Of a stretch of DNA of 21,808 nt, positions 1-13,062 are shown piece after piece. The translations under genes and the position numbers were made by a program. The notes below the pieces were generated by a model. It saw nothing but the letters and a program-made list of their open reading frames with translations. It did no database searches and was not told the DNA's origin. The first letter of the stretch is position 1, and the number at the start of each line of letters is the position of its first letter. The stretch is from a virus. Lineage: Duplodnaviria > Heunggongvirae > Uroviricota > Caudoviricetes. Location: the IMG/VR virus record IMGVR_UViG_2690316278_000015, one strand, 5' to 3'.

Positions 1-5303
<5,303 letters not shown>

Positions 5304-5316
5304 TAAGGATTAGATA

Positions 5317-5640
5317 ATGAGAGTATTTAAAGATACGCAGTGTGATGCGTTTCTAAATGCTTTCGGTCAGTCTATCCAAACTTGTACGGGAAGTACTTTT
5401 ACAGGAATAGTAGAAGTACTTCCCGTTTCTATTGAGGCGGCAGGTGGATTTATCGAAAGCGTGGAAACATACCTAACAATCAGAAAGGACGATCTAATAA
5501 CCGCAAACGTGGCAATTGGTACAGTACTAATCATTGATGGTGTAAACCAGACAATCTATAACATTGAAGATGATCTATCAGGTATGGTTAATTGCTATTT
5601 CCGTACTTCTGCTGGTGCTTCATTTGCAGAGGACTACTAA
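5317..5640 (+). CDS. Putative head-tail joining / head completion protein
   Basis: 107-aa ORF directly after the capsid gene with AAGGA SD; position matches HK97 gp6-like connector genes. Assignment is positional. Confidence 0.45.
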   Translation: MRVFKDTQCDAFLNAFGQSIQTCTGSTFTGIVEVLPVSIEAAGGFIESVETYLTIRKDDLITANVAIGTVLIIDGVNQTIYNIEDDLSGMVNCYFRTSAGASFAEDY

Positions 5641-5641
5641 T

Positions 5642-5798
5642 ATGATGTTAGTACAAAAAGTACGGAATACGATGAAGCAGCTTATCAATGCTACTAAGAA
5701 TCTGACAGTATCACGTGATGTTGATGTATTTGAACAAATTGCTTTTGATTACTCATTAACGAGTTTAAGTTTCAGCAATGAACGCCGGGCAGGTAACT
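5642..5798 (+). CDS. Hypothetical protein, 3' end lost in N run (likely head-tail connector module)
   Basis: ATG at 5642 one base after the upstream stop (TAAtATG); open frame MMLVQKVRNTMKQ... runs into the N run at 5799. The ORF-track start at 5564 would overlap the upstream gene and is less likely. Confidence 0.4.
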
Positions 5799-6271
5799 NN
5801 NNNNNNNNNNNNNNNNNNNNNNNNNNNNNNNNNNNNNNNNNNNNNNNNNNNNNNNNNNNNNNNNNNNNNNNNNNNNNNNNNNNNNNNNNNNNNNNNNNNN
5901 NNNNNNNNNNNNNNNNNNNNNNNNNNNNNNNNNNNNNNNNNNNNNNNNNNNNNNNNNNNNNNNNNNNNNNNNNNNNNNNNNNNNNNNNNNNNNNNNNNNN
6001 NNNNNNNNNNNNNNNNNNNNNNNNNNNNNNNNNNNNNNNNNNNNNNNNNNNNNNNNNNNNNNNNNNNNNNNNNNNNNNNNNNNNNNNNNNNNNNNNNNNN
6101 NNNNNNNNNNNNNNNNNNNNNNNNNNNNNNNNNNNNNNNNNNNNNNNNNNNNNNNNNNNNNNNNNNNNNNNNNNNNNNNNNNNNNNNNNNNNNNNNNNNN
6201 NNNNNNNNNNNNNNNNNNNNNNNNNNNNNNNNNNNNNNNNNNNNNNNNNNNNNNNNNNNNNNNNNNNNNNN
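5799..6271. other. Masked/unknown sequence (N run, 473 nt)
   Basis: Continuous n characters; content cannot be assessed. Confidence 0.99.
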
Positions 6272-6329
6272 TTCAGAAGCAAATAATTTTGAAACGTATG
6301 ATAGTGATTACAGGACAGTACTACTATCT

Positions 6330-6849
6330 NNNNNNNNNNNNNNNNNNNNNNNNNNNNNNNNNNNNNNNNNNNNNNNNNNNNNNNNNNNNNNNNNNNNNNN
6401 NNNNNNNNNNNNNNNNNNNNNNNNNNNNNNNNNNNNNNNNNNNNNNNNNNNNNNNNNNNNNNNNNNNNNNNNNNNNNNNNNNNNNNNNNNNNNNNNNNNN
6501 NNNNNNNNNNNNNNNNNNNNNNNNNNNNNNNNNNNNNNNNNNNNNNNNNNNNNNNNNNNNNNNNNNNNNNNNNNNNNNNNNNNNNNNNNNNNNNNNNNNN
6601 NNNTCNNNNNNNNNNNNNNNNNNNNNNNNNNNNNNNNNNNNNNNNNNNNNNNNNNNNNNNNNNNNNNNNNNNNNNNNNNNNNNNNNNNNNNNNNNNNNNN
6701 NNNNNNNNNNNNNNNNNNNNNNNNNNNNNNNNNNNNNNNNNNNNNNNNNNNNNNNNNNNNNNNNNNNNNNNNNNNNNNNNNNNNNNNNNNNNNNNNNNNN
6801 NNNNNNNNNNNNNNNNNNNNNNNNNNNNNNNNNNNNNNNNNNNNNNNNN
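6330..6849. other. Masked/unknown sequence (N run, 520 nt, with two called bases 'tc' at 6604-6605)
   Basis: Continuous n characters. The 58-nt unmasked island 6272-6329 is open in one + frame (SEANNFETYDSDYRTVLLS), so coding likely continues across it. Confidence 0.99.
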
Positions 6850-8859
6850 ATGACAAAGACGGGTACTCTAAGTATCTATGCAAAGAACGCTACAACCGCC
6901 TGGACACGCATATATACCGCTACACAGATGGACGGGCGATACGTACCCCTTACACGTACCATCAACGGCCATGCACTCACGGCCAATTTAGTACTGAACA
7001 GTGAAGATACAGGTTCAGTACCTGATACACGTACTGTGAATGGTAAGCCTCTAAGTGAGGATGTAGTACTTACCAGTACTGATACCGGCTCTGTACCAGA
7101 TACACGGACAGTTAATGGTCATGTACTCAGTGAAGATATAGTACTGAGTAGTGAAGATACAGGTTCAGTACCTGACACGCGTACAGTGAACGGTCATGTA
7201 CTTAGTGAAAATGTAGTACTGAGTAGTGAAGATACAGGTTCAGTACCTGATACACGTATGGTCAACGGTCATGTACTCAGTGAGGATGTAGTACTTACCA
7301 GTACTGATGTTGGCTTAGGGAAGGTTACAGATGATGCCCAGCTTACGATAGCAGGTAATCTAAGTGATCTGGGGGACGTGGAAGAAGCACGTATTAACCT
7401 TGCTGTTTACTCAATGGATGAAGTAGATGCAGAGGTAACGGCTTTAGCTGACAGTATTACTTCCCTTGATTCCGCTTCCATGAAGAAAGCGAGTAACCTT
7501 TCTGATCTATCCAGTCTCTCTACAGCACGTACTAACCTACAGGTGAACCGTTTGACTCAGGGTGCTACGTACACCGATCTGATGAGTAATGACCTGACTA
7601 ACCGTATCCGAATTCAGGATAACGGGGCATGGGGTGCAAGTACTGGTACTGGATGGATTGCTTTAGGTATAGGTCAGGGGGGGACAGGGGCTACAGATGC
7701 TTTGAGTGCTCGCCTAAACTTTCAGGTGGATCGCTTTAATCAAGGTAGTAATTTAACAACTATTAAATCCGCTGATTCTTCCGCTGCATTAGTGGTTTAT
7801 GATGGAGGGCAATGGGGTTCAGCTACATATATTGCGGGTGCTTTCACTGGCTGGAAAGCATTAGCAATTCCGCAGGGCGGTACTGGTGTTAAGACTCAGG
7901 CTGAGTTATGGCCTGCGATTCGTCCTACGGGTGCAACTTCTTTAGCAGGAGATCCTGTCTCTGATTCTGACGCGACTACCAAACGCTGGGTTGAAAACTT
8001 GCTGAGTAGTCGTACTTCAGTTAGTCCTCAATGGGATGTTATTGCTTCTTCCCCTTCCTCTACGGCAATTGGTAGTTATGTAACTGGAGGGCGTATTCGT
8101 TCGATATGCAACATTGGTACATCAACTGAAATATCTGGTGGTTTTCGGGTTGGTAAAACGATGGGACAGACTGGACAGGCTGATCTCACCCTTTTTATTT
8201 CTGAAAATGGTGCAGAGGATAAACTATGGGGGCTAAAAGGGCCGACTGGAACGATCCTAACTGATGTTCAATCAGGATGGATGACTAATACCGCTGTTTC
8301 GGGACCGACAGATGCCAATACCATCACCTTTAACGGTATGTATGCAGGGCCAGGTGACTCAGGTATTAACTATAGTGAAAAATATTCCCCTTTATTGCAC
8401 ATGCAAAGATACCCAGGGGCAAATCGCTCTCAGCTTCAGATAGACGGTGGTGGTACTTTAAGAGTACGAGGCGGGAACGGTACAACATGGTTTGGATGGT
8501 TAGTAATGCAAGCTCAAGGTACATCAGGTCGTGAGTTTAAAAGAGACATAACTCCAGCAAATCCAGTTGAAGCATTAGATCGGATAATGTCACAAGATTT
8601 AGTAACGTTTATCTACAAGGATGATGAACAAGAAAGGGTTAGGTTTGGTGTTATCGCCGAAGATGCTGAGTTGACTGCTCCGCAGTACATTAAGCATGAT
8701 GAAGAAACAGTTGAAATAGAAGGGGAGATTGTCACTCGTGATCATCCACGTGTTGATTTAAATCCAATAGTGATGGACTTGATGGGAGCTATTCAAGCCC
8801 AACAAGAAGAAATTAATCAGCTAAAAGATTTAGTACAACAGCTATTAAATAATAAATAA
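6850..8859 (+). CDS. Tail-fibre-like protein with Stf-type repeats and C-terminal intramolecular chaperone (peptidase S74-like); candidate neck/collar whisker
   Basis: First ATG after the N run is 6850, but the frame is open back into the gap, so the true start may be upstream. Five tandem 25-aa repeats (TRTVNGHVLSEDVVLSSEDTGSVPD). C-terminal ~110 aa matches the endosialidase/T5-pb1 chaperone pattern (S-G-R-E-F-K-R-D-I...ALDRI...RFGVIAED) with terminal coiled coil. Confidence 0.8.
   Translation: MTKTGTLSIYAKNATTAWTRIYTATQMDGRYVPLTRTINGHALTANLVLNSEDTGSVPDTRTVNGKPLSEDVVLTSTDTGSVPDTRTVNGHVLSEDIVLSSEDTGSVPDTRTVNGHVLSENVVLSSEDTGSVPDTRMVNGHVLSEDVVLTSTDVGLGKVTDDAQLTIAGNLSDLGDVEEARINLAVYSMDEVDAEVTALADSITSLDSASMKKASNLSDLSSLSTARTNLQVNRLTQGATYTDLMSNDLTNRIRIQDNGAWGASTGTGWIALGIGQGGTGATDALSARLNFQVDRFNQGSNLTTIKSADSSAALVVYDGGQWGSATYIAGAFTGWKALAIPQGGTGVKTQAELWPAIRPTGATSLAGDPVSDSDATTKRWVENLLSSRTSVSPQWDVIASSPSSTAIGSYVTGGRIRSICNIGTSTEISGGFRVGKTMGQTGQADLTLFISENGAEDKLWGLKGPTGTILTDVQSGWMTNTAVSGPTDANTITFNGMYAGPGDSGINYSEKYSPLLHMQRYPGANRSQLQIDGGGTLRVRGGNGTTWFGWLVMQAQGTSGREFKRDITPANPVEALDRIMSQDLVTFIYKDDEQERVRFGVIAEDAELTAPQYIKHDEETVEIEGEIVTRDHPRVDLNPIVMDLMGAIQAQQEEINQLKDLVQQLLNNK
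6952..7326 (+). repeat. Five tandem in-frame 75-nt coding repeats (phage tail fibre repeat)
   Basis: Units at 6952, 7027, 7102, 7177, 7252; near-identical at nucleotide level, each encoding TRT[VI]NG[HK]xLS[EA][DN]xVL[TS]S[TE]DTGSVPD. Confidence 0.9.
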
Positions 8860-8917
8860 ATATAAACGGGGTGAACGGATTCACTCCAATAAAATTTTCT
8901 TATAAGGATATAAAACT

Positions 8918-9391
8918 ATGGCTATGGATATTTTTTCCGGTGCTAACCTTACTGTAGAAGTAGGTTCAAGTGCTGGTAAAACAGTTGCTACTGACTTTGT
9001 AGAAGTACCAGAGGTAAACACCTTCAGTACTTCAGGCTTTGAAAGTACTGTAATTAGCGTAAAAACATTCAATAATGCTTATGATCGTAAGCTATTGGGT
9101 ACTAAGTCAATCCCGGACATTTCTCTTGCAGTTAACTACTTACCAGATAATGCAGTACATCAGAATTTAGAACAACTTGCAGACGATCAGAAACGTTGTC
9201 AGGTAAAACTAAGCTATTTTACCGATGCAACTAAAAAAGAAGGTTTCTTTGTAATTTATACCTGCTTTGTTTCAAGTACCACTATCGGTGGTGATAAAGA
9301 TGAAGTAGTAACTAAGACTTTCACCCTTGCAGTTGATGGTGAAGCAATTGATTCAGGTCTGATTACTCCAAAACCAGAATCGGGCGAATAA
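8918..9391 (+). CDS. Major tail (tube) protein
   Basis: 157-aa ORF with AAGGA SD; lies immediately upstream of the chaperone pair and tape measure gene, the canonical position; followed by three tandem stop codons and a strong hairpin. Size similar to small siphovirus tube proteins. Positional assignment. Confidence 0.6.
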   Translation: MAMDIFSGANLTVEVGSSAGKTVATDFVEVPEVNTFSTSGFESTVISVKTFNNAYDRKLLGTKSIPDISLAVNYLPDNAVHQNLEQLADDQKRCQVKLSYFTDATKKEGFFVIYTCFVSSTTIGGDKDEVVTKTFTLAVDGEAIDSGLITPKPESGE

Positions 9392-9399
9392 TAATAAAT

Positions 9400-9429
9400 A
9401 AAGGGAAGGTGCTCAACTTTCCCTTTTTT
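9400..9429 (+). terminator. Rho-independent terminator-like hairpin (probable partial terminator/attenuator after the tail tube gene)
   Basis: AAAGGGAAGGT (9400-9410) pairs with ACTTTCCCTTT (9416-9426) around loop GCTCA, followed by TTTATT. Seen directly. Confidence 0.6.
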
Positions 9430-9430
9430 A

Positions 9431-9742
9431 TTGGAGATGAAAATGAATTTAAACGAATTGAAGAAAAAACTACAACCAGAATTAAAACCACATGAAGTAA
9501 TGGGTGAAATCATCTTTATTCATCGTCCAAATGGTCAGGATTTCCAGAAATGCACTGATGTGGCTAAAACTCTAATCCTATGTGTAAAAGATGAAAATGG
9601 TGATCCTATCTTCGCAGAAGAAGATATTGATGGACGAATTAATGTTAACTCTATTGATTTTGTAATCCAGAATGAAATTTACTCAGCAATTATTGCTTTA
9701 ATCAATACTGCGAAACCTGTAGATGAAGTAGAAAAAAAGTAA
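9431..9742 (+). CDS. Tail assembly chaperone (lambda gpG analogue)
   Basis: 103-aa ORF between tail tube gene and tape measure gene; ends ...GAA AAA AAG TAA with a canonical slippery heptamer just before the stop. Confidence 0.65.
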   Translation: MEMKMNLNELKKKLQPELKPHEVMGEIIFIHRPNGQDFQKCTDVAKTLILCVKDENGDPIFAEEDIDGRINVNSIDFVIQNEIYSAIIALINTAKPVDEVEKK

Positions 9743-10137
9743 GAGGTGATATCGAATTAAAGTACTTTTGTAAGATGGTTAACAAAAGAGGCTTATCACC
9801 TGAAGAATACTTTAGTTTAGATCCTGATGTACTCAATATGCTTATGATCTACGATACTTTTATAGAACCATCCGGTACGCAGATTGAAATGATGAAACAT
9901 GCGTACCAGTGTTACTACACCACTATCAGTAATGGCAACCTAACACCAGAAGCAAGGAAAAGTATCAAGGTACAGGATTTTGATTTTCTTGATGTGCTTA
10001 GTGATAGTACTAAGAGTACTTCAGAGAAAGCTGAAGAAAGAAAATTAAAAACTAAAGAGGCTCAATCCAATGATATTAAATCTATAGGGGAGTTAATTAA
10101 ATCTCAGGTATTAGGAAAGAAAAAGAATGGCAAATAA
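9431..10137 (+). CDS. Tail assembly chaperone frameshift product (gpGT analogue), via -1 shift at 9733-9739
   Basis: -1 frame ORF (9727-10137; ORF track shows it from ATG 9775) overlaps the 3' end of the G-like ORF and ends 11 nt into the tape measure gene, matching the conserved G/GT arrangement of long-tailed phages. Confidence 0.55.
9733..9739 (+). promoter_or_regulatory. Programmed -1 ribosomal frameshift slippery site A_AAA_AAG (G to GT-like fusion)
   Basis: Heptamer A AAA AAG in the zero frame of ORF 9431-9742, 1 nt before its stop. The -1 frame is open from 9727 to 10137, so slippage would yield ...EVEKK-VRGDIELKYFCKMVNKRG... Same heptamer as the E. coli dnaX site. Confidence 0.65.
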
Positions 10138-12478
10138 TAATAGAATACGTGTAGATATTACGGGTGATTCTTCCGGTTTACAGCGTGCTTTAAGGTCTGG
10201 TACTGAATCATTAGAGGAATTTGGTAGTACTGCTGGTGGCATTGTTGAAGAGTTCACAGGCCGANNNNNNNNNNNNNNNNNNNNNNNNNNNNNNNNNNNN
10301 NNNNNNNNNNNNNNNNNNNNNNNNNNNNNNNNNNNNNNNNNNNAATCATTAGAGGAATTTGGTAGTACTGCTGGTGGCATTGTTGAAGAGTTCACAGGCC
10401 GAATAACTGGTATGGCTGGCGGGTTCGGTACTGCTATGACCGGGATCGCGGGTGCTGCGGCTATTGGTATTGGTGGCCTGGCAGCATTAGTAGAATCATC
10501 ACGTGAATATGTGCGTGAAATGAACCAGATCAGTAAGAGTACCGGATTGTCCGTGGTTCAGTTACAACAGCTATCAGCGGCGTTTAGTGGCCTCGGTCTT
10601 GAGATTGATAAGTTTGGTGATTTCAACAAGGATACCTTGGATAAGCTCGGTGATGCTTTTCGTGCTGGCGGTGGTGTATCCGATGATCTTAAAGAATATG
10701 GACTCAACCTACAGGACTATAACAAGTACTTAAAACAGGCTGATGGTGGTATGCAGGCTGTGATCCACACCTTTTACGCCATGCGTGATGCAGGTAAATC
10801 ACAGAGTGAAATAGTTAACGTAATGGAAACGTTAGCCAGTGACTCAAGCCACATGATTAGTACTCTTCAGCAGTTCAATAATGAGGCTCAAGCTACAGCC
10901 TATATCCAGTCACAAAATGCTGAAGTAACTAATGATGCTGCTGAAAAATATGCTGAATTCGATAAAAACCTTGGGAAACTTACTACCAGCATTAAAGGTA
11001 CTATTGCTGATGGCCTATCACCTTTAGTTAATGCCATGAACAGTGTCTATGATGCTGCAAATCAAAAACCTCACGAGGCAGGTTTGTTTGAAGATCTGAA
11101 TGAACGTATTAAAACTTCCAAGGGTTCTCTACAGGATATGTTGGATATCTGGGAAAAATTACGTACAGCAGGGGCATTAAACTACCAGGGTGCAGCACTC
11201 AATACTGGCATCATGGATGATAAGGGCAACAAGGGTAATGAGTTCGCTCAGGCTAAGGCACGTTTAGAAGAACTGGCAAACAACCTAAAGTCCGATGTTG
11301 CGGTTGCTACCGCTCCTACTGGCGGATGGGTTGATCAGGCAAAAGAAGCTGAAGATGCAGCGAAGAAGTTAGAACAACAACGTAAACAGGCAGAAGCGGC
11401 ACAAAAGGCGGCAGATGCAAAACGCCTACAGGCTCAACGTAATCTGGAAGCTGCTCTTGCTCAAGTTGGGGAAGATGGTTTTCAGGTACGTCTACAGCAG
11501 TTCGACAGACAACAAAAGGCACTTCTTAAAACCATCACCGATAGTGCTCAAGTACTCGGTATCAATCCTGATGAAATGCTAAAGAACGCTACTGCATATG
11601 GTGCTAAACAACGTACTGATTTACTGAATTCAATGGTTGGTTATCAAGATCCTAATCAGGGTCTGAAAGATACCAATGCTCTTATTGGTTCCGGTCTACT
11701 CAATGACAATCAGAAGGGGTATCTGGCACAGCAACAGAATCAGCGTATCAATGGTGGTAATCCATTAGCCTATAACGATACCGATCAGAAGTTGAAAGAT
11801 AACGCTGATGCTATGAATGCTGAACTTCAGCAGAATGAGTTGTTGCTGAAAGGCCATGAGGACTATGAGAAACGTAAAGCTGAGATCACGGCAAAGTACA
11901 ATGCACAGGCCATCCAAATCAGTAACCAGAATGCACAGGATCAGTTAAGTATCTTCTCAAGTACTGCACAGTCACTATCACAGGGCATGGTTGATGCGTT
12001 TGGGGAAAGTAGTGGGGCTGCACAAGCTGCATTTACCCTAAGTAAGAGCATAAGCATTGCACAGACAGTACTTTCAATTCAGTCAGCATTGGCCCAAGCA
12101 CTCGCTACCCCTTGGCCAGCTTCATTGGCAAACTATGCACAAGTACTTTCACTTGGTATGTCGATTATTAGTACTGCAAAGGGTGCTGCTGCTGGTCAGT
12201 TCCATGGCGGGGTAGATGAACTACCAGCAAGTTATGACAACAAATCATTTGTACTTAAGCAGGGCGAGAGAGTGGTGCAGCCTGAAGCGAATAAGAAATT
12301 AACAGCATTCTTGGATAAACAAGAAGGTGGAAGTACTTCAGGTGATATTACCGTTAACGCACCATTGATCATCCAGGGTGATGTAGCTGATGATGACAAG
12401 AAATTTAATGAGATGCTTAAGAAACACGCCAATAGTGTTTCTCAAGCTGTGAGAAGTAGTCAAAAACGTAATACATAA
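10127..12478 (+). CDS. Tail tape measure protein
   Basis: 783-aa ORF (as assembled) following the chaperone pair; Gly/Ala-rich hydrophobic segment (ITGMAGGFGTAMTGIAGAAAIGIGGLAAL), extended Gln/Ala/Lys-rich helical regions, hydrophobic C-terminal segment. Contains N run 10265-10343 flanked by identical 59-nt copies, so true length may be about 46 aa shorter. Confidence 0.9.
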   Translation: MANNNRIRVDITGDSSGLQRALRSGTESLEEFGSTAGGIVEEFTGRXXXXXXXXXXXXXXXXXXXXXXXXXXXSLEEFGSTAGGIVEEFTGRITGMAGGFGTAMTGIAGAAAIGIGGLAALVESSREYVREMNQISKSTGLSVVQLQQLSAAFSGLGLEIDKFGDFNKDTLDKLGDAFRAGGGVSDDLKEYGLNLQDYNKYLKQADGGMQAVIHTFYAMRDAGKSQSEIVNVMETLASDSSHMISTLQQFNNEAQATAYIQSQNAEVTNDAAEKYAEFDKNLGKLTTSIKGTIADGLSPLVNAMNSVYDAANQKPHEAGLFEDLNERIKTSKGSLQDMLDIWEKLRTAGALNYQGAALNTGIMDDKGNKGNEFAQAKARLEELANNLKSDVAVATAPTGGWVDQAKEAEDAAKKLEQQRKQAEAAQKAADAKRLQAQRNLEAALAQVGEDGFQVRLQQFDRQQKALLKTITDSAQVLGINPDEMLKNATAYGAKQRTDLLNSMVGYQDPNQGLKDTNALIGSGLLNDNQKGYLAQQQNQRINGGNPLAYNDTDQKLKDNADAMNAELQQNELLLKGHEDYEKRKAEITAKYNAQAIQISNQNAQDQLSIFSSTAQSLSQGMVDAFGESSGAAQAAFTLSKSISIAQTVLSIQSALAQALATPWPASLANYAQVLSLGMSIISTAKGAAAGQFHGGVDELPASYDNKSFVLKQGERVVQPEANKKLTAFLDKQEGGSTSGDITVNAPLIIQGDVADDDKKFNEMLKKHANSVSQAVRSSQKRNT
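10265..10343. other. N run (79 nt) inside the tape measure gene, flanked by identical 59-nt direct copies (10206-10264 and 10344-10402)
   Basis: Sequence AATCATTAGAGGAATTTGGTAGTACTGCTGGTGGCATTGTTGAAGAGTTCACAGGCCGA occurs on both sides; copy spacing 138 nt (in frame). Confidence 0.95.
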
Positions 12479-12488
12479 GAAAGCCCAG

Positions 12489-13061
12489 TTAGGGATTTTC
12501 CGTGTGATAAGACAAATATTGTGAAAGAGAAGATGAAAGGGTATAGAGATTGTAATACTCTTCCCGCAATAATTTAACTTTAGGTGGTGAGTATTTAATA
12601 TTGTATGCAAGCTGTGTTGAAAGAGTACGTAATCTCGATAATGAATAATAACTCTTTACGATGGCATCTACTTCTTTTTTTGGGAGTGATGCTAATTTTT
12701 CTAATTGGGAATAATATACATCATCATGCAAATAAGAAACGGCAGTTGCTACTCTTTTAATAGCTTCTGTATCTTCAGTTGGAAGAGGAATACATATTTC
12801 ATATGTGCCTAACACCTGAGACTCATCGCCACCAGTAGCAAGAGCTAAAAGGTTATTGTTGATTTCGCTCAATAAGATTACACGCATCTTAAAAACATCA
12901 TCTGAACTTTCTTTCCATTTATCATATGCGTTATAGCCTATTTGGCCTGCAAATAACAACATAGCAACGATGACGGATGCAGCCTGCCAATCAAGCCTGT
13001 TAAAAAAAATACGAATCGAGGTTTTTAAATAAATAAAGAAAGAAGATATTCGAGGTAACAA
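12489..13061 (-). CDS. Opposite-strand moron: membrane-anchored protein of unknown function (candidate superinfection-exclusion / injection-blocking protein)
   Basis: 190-aa minus-strand ORF filling the whole 584-nt space between the tape measure stop (12478) and the gpM-like start (13063). Start is TTG at 13059-13061 with AAGGA 7 nt upstream; alternative ATG starts would truncate the predicted N-terminal TM helix (WQAASVIVAMLLFAGQIGY). About 33% GC in two 100-nt samples, lower than flanking tail genes. No plus-strand ORF covers the interval. Confidence 0.55.
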   Translation of the reverse strand: MLPRISSFFIYLKTSIRIFFNRLDWQAASVIVAMLLFAGQIGYNAYDKWKESSDDVFKMRVILLSEINNNLLALATGGDESQVLGTYEICIPLPTEDTEAIKRVATAVSYLHDDVYYSQLEKLASLPKKEVDAIVKSYYSLSRLRTLSTQLAYNIKYSPPKVKLLREEYYNLYTLSSSLSQYLSYHTENP

Positions 13062-13062
13062 A

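Noticed and set aside
5564-5798. ORF-track start at 5564 for the gene entering the first N run
   Set aside because: It would overlap the upstream gene by 77 nt in another frame; the ATG at 5642 directly follows the upstream stop and is the more parsimonious start.
6952-7326. Tandem 75-nt repeats considered as a possible CRISPR array or non-coding satellite
   Set aside because: Units are contiguous without spacers, in frame within a long ORF, and encode a conserved 25-aa fibre repeat; variation between units is mostly conservative at the protein level.
8860-8917. Possible weak terminator hairpin (GGTGAA-cgga-TTCACT) after the fibre gene
   Set aside because: Stem only about 6 bp with a wobble pair and a poor U-tract; too weak to call.
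9775-10137. ORF 9775-10137 as an independent gene starting at its own ATG
   Set aside because: The frame is open upstream to 9727 and overlaps the end of the G-like ORF exactly at an A_AAA_AAG slippery heptamer, so it is better explained as the -1 frameshift extension.
10206-10402. Flanking identical copies considered as a diversity-generating retroelement template/variable repeat pair, or as target-site duplications of an insertion element
   Set aside because: The copies are identical rather than differing at adenine positions, only about 130 nt apart, and no reverse transcriptase gene is visible. 47-59-nt duplications are far longer than typical target-site duplications. Assembly overlap is the simpler explanation.
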